Shown: piece after piece, positions 18,355 to 28,523 of the stretch
How positions within the stretch are numbered: position 1 is the first letter of the stretch
Layout: each line of letters starts with the position of its first letter
Origin: a virus
Taxonomy: Duplodnaviria; Caudoviricetes
Length of the DNA stretch: 64,000 nucleotides
IMG/VR virus record: IMGVR_UViG_3300032007_000001
Strand: one strand, 5' to 3'
Program-made: the position numbers and the translations under genes
The notes under the pieces: model-generated
What the model was told of the DNA's origin: nothing
Databases searched by the model: none
Seen by the model: only the letters and a program-made list of their open reading frames with translations

Positions 18355-19341
18355 TTAACTCCAAGGCAGATTTTTAAGTTTATCTGATAAACTTTGTATT
18401 CTTCCAGAAGAAAATCTTTGGTTTTGTTCATTAATTATCTTATTATCTTGTGTATGCAGATACATATTTGTATGTACACTGTGAGCAGTCAATCCAGCAA
18501 CTCTTTCCATTATTTTGGCTTCTCTATCTGCACCAGTTGTGACAATAGATGTTTCGAAGAATTCTGGATTGATATTATATTCCATGACTGGTAACATTTC
18601 GCCATTGAATGACATTGTCATGCCCTTGTAGTTTCTAATATGTTCGCACATGTTTTCTTCTGTAGTGCATTCATTACCACAAATAGAGCATATTGATTTT
18701 TCTACAGTGCATCCCATAGAAACGTCAGTAATCATTTGTGTACGTAATGCTTTTGCCAATTCTGGGAAAGCTACCTTATCAATAGCAAAAAGAATTTCTA
18801 CTAAATATTTATCAGGATTATAGACAACATCTAATATAATGCCTCTTGCATCTTCTACATTTTCGTTGTTATGGTCAACGAAAATTGATTTGCCGCGAAG
18901 CGTTTCAAATGGGCCATTCAGTTGTTCATAATTTAATTTCTTGCCAGTAGCGGCTTCGCAGGTTTTATCATTTGTAAGATGTTCATGCATAAAAGCATCG
19001 CCATTGTCATTGCTATTTCTGCAATACTTTGAATATTTTGCTAAATTTTTCTGATAAGTCTCAAAAGGAATCAATTCATAACTTCCATCTTCGTGCTCTA
19101 TAACGTTACCAGACGTTAATGCTACAGCACGATGATATTGGAAGTCATTTTCTTTTGGAGCAACCTGTATTACTTTCCCAGCTGTTTTTACCATAGCTGG
19201 GTCAATTAATGTTTTAGATTGCTTAAGTATATCCATTCTTAAGTTATGGTAATCTTTTAAAAGGCCTTCATACTTGTTAGCTTCTATTTTACCACGTATG
19301 TTTTTCTTTGTTATCAAGTATGACACCTCCATCCTCGTCAC
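18355..19341 (-). CDS. Prohead (capsid maturation) protease
   Basis: NDNGDAF, FVDH, VSMGC catalytic-type motifs with CSICGN..CEHI zinc finger; downstream of portal. Confidence 0.75.
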   Translation of the reverse strand: MTRMEVSYLITKKNIRGKIEANKYEGLLKDYHNLRMDILKQSKTLIDPAMVKTAGKVIQVAPKENDFQYHRAVALTSGNVIEHEDGSYELIPFETYQKNLAKYSKYCRNSNDNGDAFMHEHLTNDKTCEAATGKKLNYEQLNGPFETLRGKSIFVDHNNENVEDARGIILDVVYNPDKYLVEILFAIDKVAFPELAKALRTQMITDVSMGCTVEKSICSICGNECTTEENMCEHIRNYKGMTMSFNGEMLPVMEYNINPEFFETSIVTTGADREAKIMERVAGLTAHSVHTNMYLHTQDNKIINEQNQRFSSGRIQSLSDKLKNLPWS

Positions 19342-19663
19342 TGCAAAGATAACCGTTTTCTCTTAAATATTCTCTTGTCTTAAATAAACATTCTTTCCAA
19401 TATTTTTTGCAAGTATTTCTATCTGCTTCTACGCCAACAATATCATCAAACAACCCGTTCTTAATTTGGTCTCTTAAATCATATATTCTTTCACTTGTTG
19501 GAATCATTGGCATATCAGCAAGAAGCATTTTTGCCAATAGAAAACTTTCATCGCTTAAGTGTTTATTTGTTGAATTATTAATTACTATATCATTAATGAT
19601 ATGATGTATATATGGTGAGCCAAGTCCTTGGTCACTAGCCGTTTTCTTTCTAAGTCTTTTCAT
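19289..19663 (-). CDS. Putative head-associated protein (KRL..KTA N-terminus)
   Basis: MKRLRKKTAS; portal operon. Confidence 0.6.
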   Translation of the reverse strand: MKRLRKKTASDQGLGSPYIHHIINDIVINNSTNKHLSDESFLLAKMLLADMPMIPTSERIYDLRDQIKNGLFDDIVGVEADRNTCKKYWKECLFKTREYLRENGYLCSDEDGGVILDNKEKHTW

Positions 19664-20008
19664 TTAGGCGCTCATCTCTTCTTCATAGCCAGCAAGTTCT
19701 CTTAAAAACGCCTTCATACTTTTATCGCTTTCTTGAGTATGAAGATTGCTGACTTTATATTTTCTTGGAAGATGATAAGCAAGAGCTTTTAAGAATAAAT
19801 CATCTTTTGGCTCAAATGATTCTCTGCATAAACCATTATCCAATGATACTGTAAGAGACATAATTGGTTCATCAACAATATATTTAAGAACAGTTGCTAA
19901 CGATTCATCTTCCACTGGAATATATCCAAATTTGTTGTTTTCTTTATCAATACTGCAATAAGCAATAGTACGTTTATTTACCACGATTTCAAATACATCA
20001 TACTTCAT
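19664..20008 (-). CDS. Hypothetical protein in portal operon
   Basis: 114 aa, AAGGAG RBS. Confidence 0.65.
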   Translation of the reverse strand: MKYDVFEIVVNKRTIAYCSIDKENNKFGYIPVEDESLATVLKYIVDEPIMSLTVSLDNGLCRESFEPKDDLFLKALAYHLPRKYKVSNLHTQESDKSMKAFLRELAGYEEEMSA

Positions 20009-20072
20009 ATTTTTAGCTCCTTGTGTTAAGGTTTTTTTATTGATTGTAAAAGTATTTTTGCATTAAACCGTT

Positions 20073-20984
20073 TCAAACTATTGTTGTTAGAAAATAATTG
20101 TAGATATCTTCATCTACCAATTGCAAAGTTTCTCTATCAAGAATGAATGCAATTAATGATTCCAACAAATAATTAAACGAATTTTGTTCTGCTAGAAAAC
20201 TAATAAACCGATTGCTGCTAAAAGATTTCGTTTTTCTGTAAAAAAGTGCTTTCGTTCTTTCGTTTTCTTCTACTTTTAATAGATGTCTCAATAAATCTTT
20301 TTTATACGTAAATGCATCGAATTTCTGATAAATTTTCCTATCTTCAACGAACATTAACGTATCTTCCGATTTATTATAAGTCATTGGGTCGTTAAAGTAA
20401 GTTATTTTTAGATTTTTTTTTATTAAAAATTTATACCGCATCAACATAAAACGCATAAATGATTCAATTGCATTTTTATATTTTACAGGTACATTAAAAA
20501 ATTGATAATCATGTGTAATGATATTGATTGTATTTTCAAAGTTTTCTTTTAATTCCAAATAAGAATCACAATCATCATGTAAAAAATGGTCATCCAAATT
20601 TTTATTTGTACTCTTTAAGAATTTGCAAATATCACAACATTTATCGTTTACAACGAAATTGGTTTGTACATTTTTGCTATGCTCCAATTGGCAGTTCTTA
20701 AAAATATAGCTTAGCTCTCTTTCGAGAATTTGCTTAATAGCATCAAATGGAGCTGAAAAATCTACTTTTTCCATGTAAACTTTCGTTTCAGCGATATCGT
20801 AAGAATCAATGAATTTATGATTTTCTTCTTCCACTTTTAATGATTTTTGTGCACATGCATCTATTACTAATAGATTATTTGTAATGAAATTGCATATACT
20901 GTCTATCAATTCTTCTTTCGTTAATTTTGGAGAGAAATTATACAAAAATTCACTGAGTATGTTCTTAACAGAATTATTCATCAT
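20073..20984 (-). CDS. Possible degenerate MuF-like minor head protein
   Basis: Directly after portal; CCDIC...HDDCDS resembles the MuF CxxC..HPxCRC motif. Confidence 0.4.
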   Translation of the reverse strand: MMNNSVKNILSEFLYNFSPKLTKEELIDSICNFITNNLLVIDACAQKSLKVEEENHKFIDSYDIAETKVYMEKVDFSAPFDAIKQILERELSYIFKNCQLEHSKNVQTNFVVNDKCCDICKFLKSTNKNLDDHFLHDDCDSYLELKENFENTINIITHDYQFFNVPVKYKNAIESFMRFMLMRYKFLIKKNLKITYFNDPMTYNKSEDTLMFVEDRKIYQKFDAFTYKKDLLRHLLKVEENERTKALFYRKTKSFSSNRFISFLAEQNSFNYLLESLIAFILDRETLQLVDEDIYNYFLTTIV

Positions 20985-22689
20985 TTTCTCCTGTTACTAT
21001 TGGTTCTTTTTTCATTCCCATGTGTCTTCTAAATCTTGGTTTCACAGACGCTTCCGGAAGCCCAAAATCACTTGGATTGTTGTTTATGGATAATCCATTG
21101 CCTGTCATAGAAGGAGGCTCTGGTCGAGGCGTGGCGTCTTCTCCATAAGGTTGTTCTATTATACTACTACCAGTCTCAATATCATCTGGTTGTACCAAAC
21201 GTTTGCCTTCGTTTGGCAACGGACCTTCCTTAGGAGCGTTCGGGTCAAATATGGTGCCACGTTCTCTTTCAAGATTTTTCTTTTCTACTTCTGGGTCTAA
21301 TCCAATGATTGGATAAAGCGTTGTCTTAGACAACATGCCAGCTTCGCTAAGCTTTTCAAAGAAGCTCATAATAGAGTTATTGGAAGTTAAGTCTTGCTGT
21401 TGCCAAGTAATCTTTGGTACAATTAATTCAACTTCCTTGTTGGCTGCCATTTTTTTCAATTGTTTCCCACTATAACCAGCAATACTTCCACCGTGTCTAT
21501 GCTTATAAAATCCTTGTACTTCAGCTATTGGACGATAGACTTTATTTCTTACCCAAGATTCTAATCTCATACGGTAAGTCATATATCTTCTAGCTAAAGC
21601 GTCTACACCAACTTGAGCAGTGTTATATGTACTTCCATCACCATTTAATAATGCCGATGTTATTCCTAATCCCGCCATCAATTCTTTTTCTATGAAATCA
21701 AATTCAGTATTTAATGGCAAAATCTTTCCGCTTGAACCAACATATTCAAAACTTAATCCATAATGATAAACTAAGAAGAAGTTTGGGTCATCTTCACCAA
21801 TAAGAAGTATATCTCTAAAATTATCTATTTCTTCTTGAGATGGATAAGATTCTCCGGGTGTACCAAGTTTTGCTACTCTTAATGGAGTAATATGTCTATT
21901 GGCTATAGCATCTTGTGCTTGACGAAGTTTGTCTTTGTACATCAACGTCTTAAAACATCTCATCATTAACGGTGTTCCCCACATTTCATATGGAGATGCT
22001 TTATGAGCTATATGACTTACCAATCTATTGTCAAGCATAATGTTTTTGCCCATTTTGACTTGACGTATTATGTCTTCTGGGAATTGTTTGTATAATTCTG
22101 CGAATTCGCCAACTGGACCAGCTTTTATGATAGACATTACTTGGTCATCTGGTATCAATTCTATAATTTGGTCTTGAGCAAATATAGAAGAAGATATATT
22201 TACATAATCTGGATTTAATAATGTAAAACGTTCCCATTCGCCAGTTGTTTCATTGAATTGTCCGAATGGAAAAACATCACCTATTTTCCAGTATTCCAAT
22301 CCAATATCCAAAAGCAAATTAATAATATCTAATTTATCAAAAGCCAAATAATCAAAAAATTCTTTGACTTTTGGTTCAGAACATACGTTACTGAAACTAG
22401 AAATAGGAAATTCTGTATGTATATCTAATGCTGTTGCTACAACAGGCTCTGTTCGATAGTAGTGGCGCGCCCACTCATTTCTCTCGCGCCTATCTCTTGG
22501 AAGGAACATTGATAAGGCTTGGAACAGCGGATGAAAGAAATTCGGCGCGCCGAATTTCACATCCAGAGATGCTGCGGTGCGTTTCATATTTCTTTGGGTT
22601 TTTTGCGGGAGAGAATTAGAATCTATAATTGTATTAAACATTCCATTTTTAGCAATGGCAGCAGTTTTATTTATATGATTCCTTTTCAA
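20974..22689 (-). CDS. Portal protein
   Basis: 571 aa; YYRTEPVVATALDIHTEFP, LNPDYV, WGTPLM, LMAGLGI motifs typical of large-phage portals; upstream of protease. Confidence 0.8.
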   Translation of the reverse strand: MKRNHINKTAAIAKNGMFNTIIDSNSLPQKTQRNMKRTAASLDVKFGAPNFFHPLFQALSMFLPRDRRERNEWARHYYRTEPVVATALDIHTEFPISSFSNVCSEPKVKEFFDYLAFDKLDIINLLLDIGLEYWKIGDVFPFGQFNETTGEWERFTLLNPDYVNISSSIFAQDQIIELIPDDQVMSIIKAGPVGEFAELYKQFPEDIIRQVKMGKNIMLDNRLVSHIAHKASPYEMWGTPLMMRCFKTLMYKDKLRQAQDAIANRHITPLRVAKLGTPGESYPSQEEIDNFRDILLIGEDDPNFFLVYHYGLSFEYVGSSGKILPLNTEFDFIEKELMAGLGITSALLNGDGSTYNTAQVGVDALARRYMTYRMRLESWVRNKVYRPIAEVQGFYKHRHGGSIAGYSGKQLKKMAANKEVELIVPKITWQQQDLTSNNSIMSFFEKLSEAGMLSKTTLYPIIGLDPEVEKKNLERERGTIFDPNAPKEGPLPNEGKRLVQPDDIETGSSIIEQPYGEDATPRPEPPSMTGNGLSINNNPSDFGLPEASVKPRFRRHMGMKKEPIVTGENDE

Positions 22690-22718
22690 ACTATCACCAC
22701 CAAATAAATTTGATTAAA

Positions 22719-22766
22719 TCTATTGTATAAATAAGTTTTGATTTTTTATATGTTCTATTGTATAAA
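22719..22766 (-). promoter_or_regulatory. Tandem candidate late promoters
   Basis: 13-nt direct repeat TCTATTGTATAAA x2 (minus strand TTTATACAATAGA) upstream of portal. Confidence 0.45.
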
Positions 22767-22823
22767 ATAAATATAATAAAACAAACGAATAAGAATAATT
22801 AATTAAAAGTAAGGGATGATATT

Positions 22824-23297
22824 ATGACGCATTTAATTAAACAAAGTGTAAGTAGAACTACATTTAATTTTATTACAGATAAAGATGTAAGAGAATGGAT
22901 AACAAACAATGCAAATAAATTTAATGATGAAAATACTTACGTAGAAGTAAGTGATGGTGTTATGTATCTTGAAGATAGAGATACGCACGAAATTGCAGAG
23001 GTAAAAGCTGCTTTAGTTGGAAGATTTGGTGGTTTTATAGAATATGGGAAAAGGCATTTTTATGTAGTAGATGGTTATCAATTTAGTAAAAAAGAAAATG
23101 ATGGTAATATAGCGACAATTGCATTAGCTATAGAAATAGATGAAGATACAAAACAACCAAAAGGCAATATTTTTGGCGAAGTATTTGAAGATAAATTTGT
23201 AAAAGATGTTTTAACAACAAAGGAAATTATTACTATTAATGGCATCAAAATGAGATTAACCGATATGAGAGAATTATATAAATTTATGGAAAAATAA
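22824..23297 (+). CDS. Hypothetical protein
   Basis: 157-aa ORF with RBS. Confidence 0.7.
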   Translation: MTHLIKQSVSRTTFNFITDKDVREWITNNANKFNDENTYVEVSDGVMYLEDRDTHEIAEVKAALVGRFGGFIEYGKRHFYVVDGYQFSKKENDGNIATIALAIEIDEDTKQPKGNIFGEVFEDKFVKDVLTTKEIITINGIKMRLTDMRELYKFMEK

Positions 23298-23306
23298 TAA
23301 AAACTA

Positions 23307-23335
23307 TTTACATTTCTTTTTTTACGTGATATAAT
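23307..23335 (+). promoter_or_regulatory. Sigma70-like early promoter
   Basis: TTTACA-17-TATAAT with TG. Confidence 0.75.
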
Positions 23336-23347
23336 ATAACAAAAGAG

Positions 23348-23884
23348 GTGAGAAAGATGTTTGAAGAAATTACATTGACAGAGGAAAATATTGCAATTGG
23401 GAAATTAAATACTGAAATTGCAAATATAAGCAAAAAATTATATGAAATTTTAGAAAAAAATCATCATATTAGACTTTTTAGTGATGATAATCATATTGAC
23501 GGTTATAGAATAGCATCTTCTCGTCCATTACAACGTTTTGAAACCAATAATATTGGTGAAGATATTAAAAGAAAAAATCTTGATAATAGATTATTTGTTT
23601 CTGGAGATGAAGATAAAGAAAATAATACATTTAATATTATTTGTATTTCAAAATTAGATGAAAACAATGAATATCCTTATATAAAAATGTCAAGTAAAGA
23701 AAATTTCGATAGCAATATACATTTCGATTTATATATAACGTTTTATTTTCCATATTGGGATGATAAATTTATGAATTATATGGAAAGACAATTTGATATT
23801 GAATTGGAAAAATATGAAATGTTACATAATGAAATCTTTAAGTTAAAGAAAAAAGCAAAAGATTTATATGGTATTGATTTATGA
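23348..23884 (+). CDS. Hypothetical protein
   Basis: 178-aa ORF. Confidence 0.7.
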   Translation: MRKMFEEITLTEENIAIGKLNTEIANISKKLYEILEKNHHIRLFSDDNHIDGYRIASSRPLQRFETNNIGEDIKRKNLDNRLFVSGDEDKENNTFNIICISKLDENNEYPYIKMSSKENFDSNIHFDLYITFYFPYWDDKFMNYMERQFDIELEKYEMLHNEIFKLKKKAKDLYGIDL

Positions 23885-23889
23885 TAAAT

Positions 23890-23918
23890 AAAAAGAGCTA
23901 CATTAGTAGCTCTTTTTT
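23890..23918. terminator. Terminator (GAGCTAC type)
   Basis: AAGAGCTACATTAGTAGCTCTT; exact reverse complement at 24672-24693. Confidence 0.75.
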
Positions 23919-23921
23919 ATA

Positions 23922-23950
23922 TTTACATTCTTTTTGATTTTTGATAGAAT
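23922..23950 (+). promoter_or_regulatory. Sigma70-like early promoter
   Basis: TTTACA-17-TAGAAT with TG. Confidence 0.7.
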
Positions 23951-23971
23951 TTAGATATTGGAGGTGTAAAC

Positions 23972-24673
23972 ATGGTTGGAATTGCAGGAACATTGGCTGC
24001 TGTTATTGCATGCATAAGTAATAAAAGAAGAATGAGAGAAATGAGAAAACCAAAAACAATCAAAGAAATGCTTTATGCATTACATAATTTGAAAAAGAAA
24101 AATCAATATAATTGGAAATATATAGATAAAATTTTTGATAATATTAGTACAACATCAAATATTGGCGAATCAAATATAGAAGAAATGGCACATATGATAT
24201 TCAATTTTCATGACCATTTGGATTTGTTTGCTATACCAACATGGGAATGGGTAACAAACTTTTCAAAATTTTTGGAAAATAAAAAAGTACTAGAATTTGG
24301 TGCTGGTACTGGAATCATTTCTGCTATGCTTAAAAAATTAAATATTGATATTAGAGCTATAGACAACAACAACAGACACTTAAATATCTTATTTGATGAA
24401 ATTGAAATAACAGATGGGATAGAATACTTAAAAGAACACAAAAATGAATACGATGTATTGTTTTTTGCATGGCCAGAAATGAATGATACGTGCGTTAATG
24501 CATGTGATATCTTTTTAGATAATAATAAAAAAGTATACTATCTTGGAGAAGAAGAAGGTGGATGTACAGCAAGTGATACATTTTTTAATAAATATGATTT
24601 GAAATTTATTGATGCTCATTATACGCCCTTGTTTGGACTACATGATAATTTATTTGAAATAATCAAAAAATAA
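23972..24673 (+). CDS. Class I SAM-dependent methyltransferase-like protein
   Basis: VLEFGAGTG SAM-binding motif, FAWP, YLGEEEGGCTA. Confidence 0.7.
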   Translation: MVGIAGTLAAVIACISNKRRMREMRKPKTIKEMLYALHNLKKKNQYNWKYIDKIFDNISTTSNIGESNIEEMAHMIFNFHDHLDLFAIPTWEWVTNFSKFLENKKVLEFGAGTGIISAMLKKLNIDIRAIDNNNRHLNILFDEIEITDGIEYLKEHKNEYDVLFFAWPEMNDTCVNACDIFLDNNKKVYYLGEEEGGCTASDTFFNKYDLKFIDAHYTPLFGLHDNLFEIIKK

Positions 24674-24695
24674 GAGCTACTAATGTAGCTCTTTT
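24672..24695. terminator. Bidirectional terminator (GAGCTAC type)
   Basis: AAGAGCTACTAATGTAGCTCTTTT. Confidence 0.75.
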
Positions 24696-24712
24696 AATTT
24701 TTTAAGATTAAT

Positions 24713-25417
24713 TTATAATTTATAAGAAAGATTGTCGCAATTTAATATAAAATTTGAAATATTATATAATAATTCGTTTACAGTTGTTTTTATAATTCCC
24801 TTAAAATATCCGCGTTTTGATTCTAATGTACAATAAATTATATCATTTAAGTTATCTTTTGTTATTGGTATTTCTACTTTATATGAATCGTTTTCAAAAA
24901 ACAATTTTGAATCAATTTGTTTAATTCCATTTTTTTTAAGTTGTTCTATTACTTCATCGTAACCTAAGTTTATTTGTTCATTATTGTTATATTGTTTATC
25001 ATCGTATTCATCATTATACGCATTAGCAGCTTCTTCTGCAGCTTCTTCTGTTGAATATAAACATGCACAATTTTGAACGTCATTAAATGTTTCGTTGCTA
25101 TTATATGCATAAATTTCTTCCAAATTAACTTGTTCTTTAATTTCATTTGCAATATTGCTATTATTAGAATATAATTTTTCAAGAATTGTTTGCATAGAAT
25201 ATTCATCATATGATTTTATATCAAATGCATTTAATATTTCTTTTTGTTTTTTTGACGATAATGAATTATAATACTCTTCTAGTTGTTCTTCATTATATGA
25301 ATTACTCTCGTCAAATTCGTCAGTATCACTATCACTTAAATAATATGTAATTACTTCTTCAACACCATGCCATTCATTTGCTACTTTCTTTCTTAATCTT
25401 TTTGCTATTATGTTCAT
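24713..25417 (-). CDS. Acidic protein with KRL..KVA N-terminus (putative internal head protein)
   Basis: MNIIAKRLRKKVAN followed by an Asp/Glu/Tyr-rich body. Confidence 0.6.
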   Translation of the reverse strand: MNIIAKRLRKKVANEWHGVEEVITYYLSDSDTDEFDESNSYNEEQLEEYYNSLSSKKQKEILNAFDIKSYDEYSMQTILEKLYSNNSNIANEIKEQVNLEEIYAYNSNETFNDVQNCACLYSTEEAAEEAANAYNDEYDDKQYNNNEQINLGYDEVIEQLKKNGIKQIDSKLFFENDSYKVEIPITKDNLNDIIYCTLESKRGYFKGIIKTTVNELLYNISNFILNCDNLSYKL

Positions 25418-25433
25418 TGTTTTTTACCTCACT

Positions 25434-26450
25434 TTAATCTATAAAAATTTCTCGTAATTCTTTAATAGGCATAAAAAATTGTTTGCTTACATTACAAAAG
25501 TAATTATTCATAGTTTCAGTACTTTGTAGCATACATCCGCCTCTACAATATACATTAACATCGCAATTAATGCATTGTTCTTTTCTATGTTCTTTATAAA
25601 AATTTAATACCTTTTTTGTAATTAAATAATTATTATTCTTTACATTTCCTAAAACAATATCAGAATTATGACATAAATATAATTTACCATCATTGGTTAC
25701 GTTAATGATATTCATTCCATTCATGCATTTGGGAAATCTATAATCATATTTATGCAAATCTCTTTCTATAAGAGAATCAATATATAAGTCACTTGCTTCT
25801 ACATTTGTTTTTTCATCTTGTACATCAATATAATGATTGCATAATTCTTTCATTTGATTATATAATAAATTAGAATCTATGTTACTTAAATCATTTAAAT
25901 TATTATTATTTAGAAGCAAATCTAAGTTTGTTGTTACGTGTCTTTTATGTTTTTGAATATATTTTTTATTGAATTCTTTAATAGAATCAAACCAATCTTT
26001 TGGATAATTATATTTTGTAATAACACCTGTTAAACATAATCCTTTTATTTTTAAGAGTAAATCTTCTTTTTCTTTTAGAACGTTATACCCTCTAGTAATA
26101 TCAGAATTATTACCGTCATAACTAACACCAACAGAAAATAAATTCTTATTAAAGTAATTAACATATTCTTCATTTAATAATTTTCCATTCGTTACAATAT
26201 TGTATCTTATTTTTCTTTTGAATTCATTGACATATTTTTTTATATCTTCAAAAAAGATAAGCGGTTCTCCGCCAAAAAATGTTAATTTTGATTTTTCTTT
26301 TTGAGAAGATATGATTTTGTGAATATAATCAAAAACATTTGTATCAATTTCATGACTTAGTTGTTCATTGACTATATTATGTTGTATGCAATACTTACAA
26401 TTTAAATTGCATTCATGGCCAAGCATTATAAAAATATTTGCTATTTTCAT
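25434..26450 (-). CDS. Radical SAM/SPASM protein
   Basis: CNLNCKYC, FFGGEP, VTNG, SYDG, SPASM (CMNG...LCH...CINC...CRGGC...C). Confidence 0.88.
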   Translation of the reverse strand: MKIANIFIMLGHECNLNCKYCIQHNIVNEQLSHEIDTNVFDYIHKIISSQKEKSKLTFFGGEPLIFFEDIKKYVNEFKRKIRYNIVTNGKLLNEEYVNYFNKNLFSVGVSYDGNNSDITRGYNVLKEKEDLLLKIKGLCLTGVITKYNYPKDWFDSIKEFNKKYIQKHKRHVTTNLDLLLNNNNLNDLSNIDSNLLYNQMKELCNHYIDVQDEKTNVEASDLYIDSLIERDLHKYDYRFPKCMNGMNIINVTNDGKLYLCHNSDIVLGNVKNNNYLITKKVLNFYKEHRKEQCINCDVNVYCRGGCMLQSTETMNNYFCNVSKQFFMPIKELREIFID

Positions 26451-26523
26451 TATTTTTTACCCACTTTAATAAAAAAATTTTATTTGTTTATTCTATAAAT
26501 AGAAATGTTTTTTAAAATGAAAA

Positions 26524-27135
26524 TTGGTAGGTAATTATATGACAAAATATCATATTACGTGTAATTATTATAAAAATGATTATGAAAATATTAATGCATG
26601 GCAATTTAATAGTTGGTATGATATACCGGATTGGATAGATATTGATACAGAAAACGAATTAAAACGAAAAGTAAAAAATACATTGGACTATCTTTTTGAT
26701 GCGGATATTAGTACAAGAGGGAATATGTCGTTTGAAACAGATAAACAAATTAAAAAAGATATGGTTAAATTATTCACAGTAACATGTGATGAACCTAATA
26801 TGAGTAGAGAACCAAAATGTATCAATTATAAATATGGCGAATATAAATTGGATTTTATGTTGATTATTGAAAATCCAATTACTGGAGGAAAAACAAAAAT
26901 GAATAGAATTATAAAAAGAATTATAGCTGGTAGAGAACAAGATACGATTGAAATTCTAAGAGATTATAAACGATCATTAAAAGATATTTCTGAATTGGTA
27001 GAAGAAATAAATGATATCGTGGAAAATGAAAATATTGAAGATGATAGAGTTCTTGAATATTGGAAATTACCGTTAAAAAAAGTTGTAAAAGACTTAATTG
27101 AAATAAAAAGAGAATTATTTAATGAATATAAATGA
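26524..27135 (+). CDS. Hypothetical protein with internal in-frame start at 26899
   Basis: 203-aa ORF; GGAGG RBS at 26884 before MNRIIKRIIAG. Confidence 0.6.
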   Translation: MVGNYMTKYHITCNYYKNDYENINAWQFNSWYDIPDWIDIDTENELKRKVKNTLDYLFDADISTRGNMSFETDKQIKKDMVKLFTVTCDEPNMSREPKCINYKYGEYKLDFMLIIENPITGGKTKMNRIIKRIIAGREQDTIEILRDYKRSLKDISELVEEINDIVENENIEDDRVLEYWKLPLKKVVKDLIEIKRELFNEYK

Positions 27136-27144
27136 GGTGTAGTA

Positions 27145-27483
27145 ATGAAAAATAGAATTTTACAAAGAATATGTAAAAATGCGAAATTAAATAAAAAAGC
27201 AAGTTCTCCAATTGAATTAGCTGATTTATATGATAAAATTTATGAAACATGCATAGAGAACCGTGGAAATTATCCTGGTGGAATTGCTGTAAAAACAGAT
27301 ATATTTGATGAATATTTGAAAGAAGCAGATGAAATACTTTCAGATGTATTTGACGAAACCAATCCGGATTATGATATAGATGTAGCTTTTGATGAATATT
27401 TAGATGTGAATCCAGAAGGATTTAAAGAAGTAGATAGAAAAATGCACGAATTAATGAATAAAATTCAAGAAAGTATAAATTAA
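27145..27483 (+). CDS. Acidic protein with basic KKAS N-terminus
   Basis: MKNRILQRICKNAKLNKKASS. Confidence 0.65.
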   Translation: MKNRILQRICKNAKLNKKASSPIELADLYDKIYETCIENRGNYPGGIAVKTDIFDEYLKEADEILSDVFDETNPDYDIDVAFDEYLDVNPEGFKEVDRKMHELMNKIQESIN

Positions 27484-27495
27484 AATGGTGATATA

Positions 27496-27954
27496 ATGAA
27501 AAAAAATAATATTATTATAAAACGTCTTATGAAGCGTACAGCATCGAAAGAAAATGACATTGCAAATGCATTAGGTGGATTGTCGTTTGATAAACTTATT
27601 GATGTTATAATGGCTGTCAATGAAGTTTCTGGTGGATATGACCATTTAATTCCTCATCCAATGGAAGAACTTGGCGAATATGATTTTGGAATCGATAAAA
27701 ATGATACATATAAAGTTCTTCAATTTTTTAAGAAAGCTACAGACATAGATATTCAAAACGAATTTGATGTAATGAGTCCGTATTTTGTTATTGACGATAT
27801 GCAGCCAAGGTCCTGTACCAAGGATGTAATGAGAAGCTTTATATATGAATCAACAAACGATTTAATGGATTTAGCAGAAGTTATTGTTAGAAATATTGAT
27901 AGTAAATCATTTAGAGATTCATTACCAGAAAACATTAAAGAATTAGCAATGTAA
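27496..27954 (+). CDS. Acidic protein with KRL..RTAS N-terminus
   Basis: MKKNNIIIKRLMKRTAS. Confidence 0.65.
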   Translation: MKKNNIIIKRLMKRTASKENDIANALGGLSFDKLIDVIMAVNEVSGGYDHLIPHPMEELGEYDFGIDKNDTYKVLQFFKKATDIDIQNEFDVMSPYFVIDDMQPRSCTKDVMRSFIYESTNDLMDLAEVIVRNIDSKSFRDSLPENIKELAM

Positions 27955-27957
27955 AAT

Positions 27958-27984
27958 AAAGAGAGGATTAAATCCTCTCTTTTT
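27958..27984. terminator. Repeated bidirectional terminator (GAGAGGATT type, copy 2)
   Basis: Identical core to 18329-18347. Confidence 0.75.
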
Positions 27985-28426
27985 ACATTAAAGAACGATG
28001 TCTTAAATTTAATTTTTTTTCAAATAATGGTTGTTGTGTAGTTCGTTCATTACTTTCAATATCTATTTCTGGGAAAGATTCATAATTGATTTGTTCAAGT
28101 AGAGATAAAAAACAATTTGCTTCGTGAACATTTCTAAATCCTTTGATTGCTATATTTGAATGTACAGATAACAATGCCATGGCTAACATGCGCATTTCTC
28201 GTTTCCCATCGTGCTGATTTAAGAAAATTAGCATTTCATCGTGTGTTTTATCAAACATATTACATAACTTATCATAATAAGCATTGTCTGTACCAACATC
28301 ATTTATATATTCTTTTACCGACCCATAAGCTTTTGTATTTCTTGACCAGATTGTATGCGCTTGGTCCAAAAATACTCCAACCACAATGGCTCCAAAATTC
28401 CATTTCTTTTTTTTGACCATTTTCAT
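27983..28426 (-). CDS. Hypothetical protein
   Basis: 147-aa ORF. Confidence 0.65.
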   Translation of the reverse strand: MKMVKKKKWNFGAIVVGVFLDQAHTIWSRNTKAYGSVKEYINDVGTDNAYYDKLCNMFDKTHDEMLIFLNQHDGKREMRMLAMALLSVHSNIAIKGFRNVHEANCFLSLLEQINYESFPEIDIESNERTTQQPLFEKKLNLRHRSLM

Positions 28427-28523
28427 TACCTTTTATATTAAAATTTATTTCATTTATAAAATAATTTGATTAGCAAAAAAATTTCAATATATTAAACGTT
28501 CTAAATATAATCAATCAAGGAGG

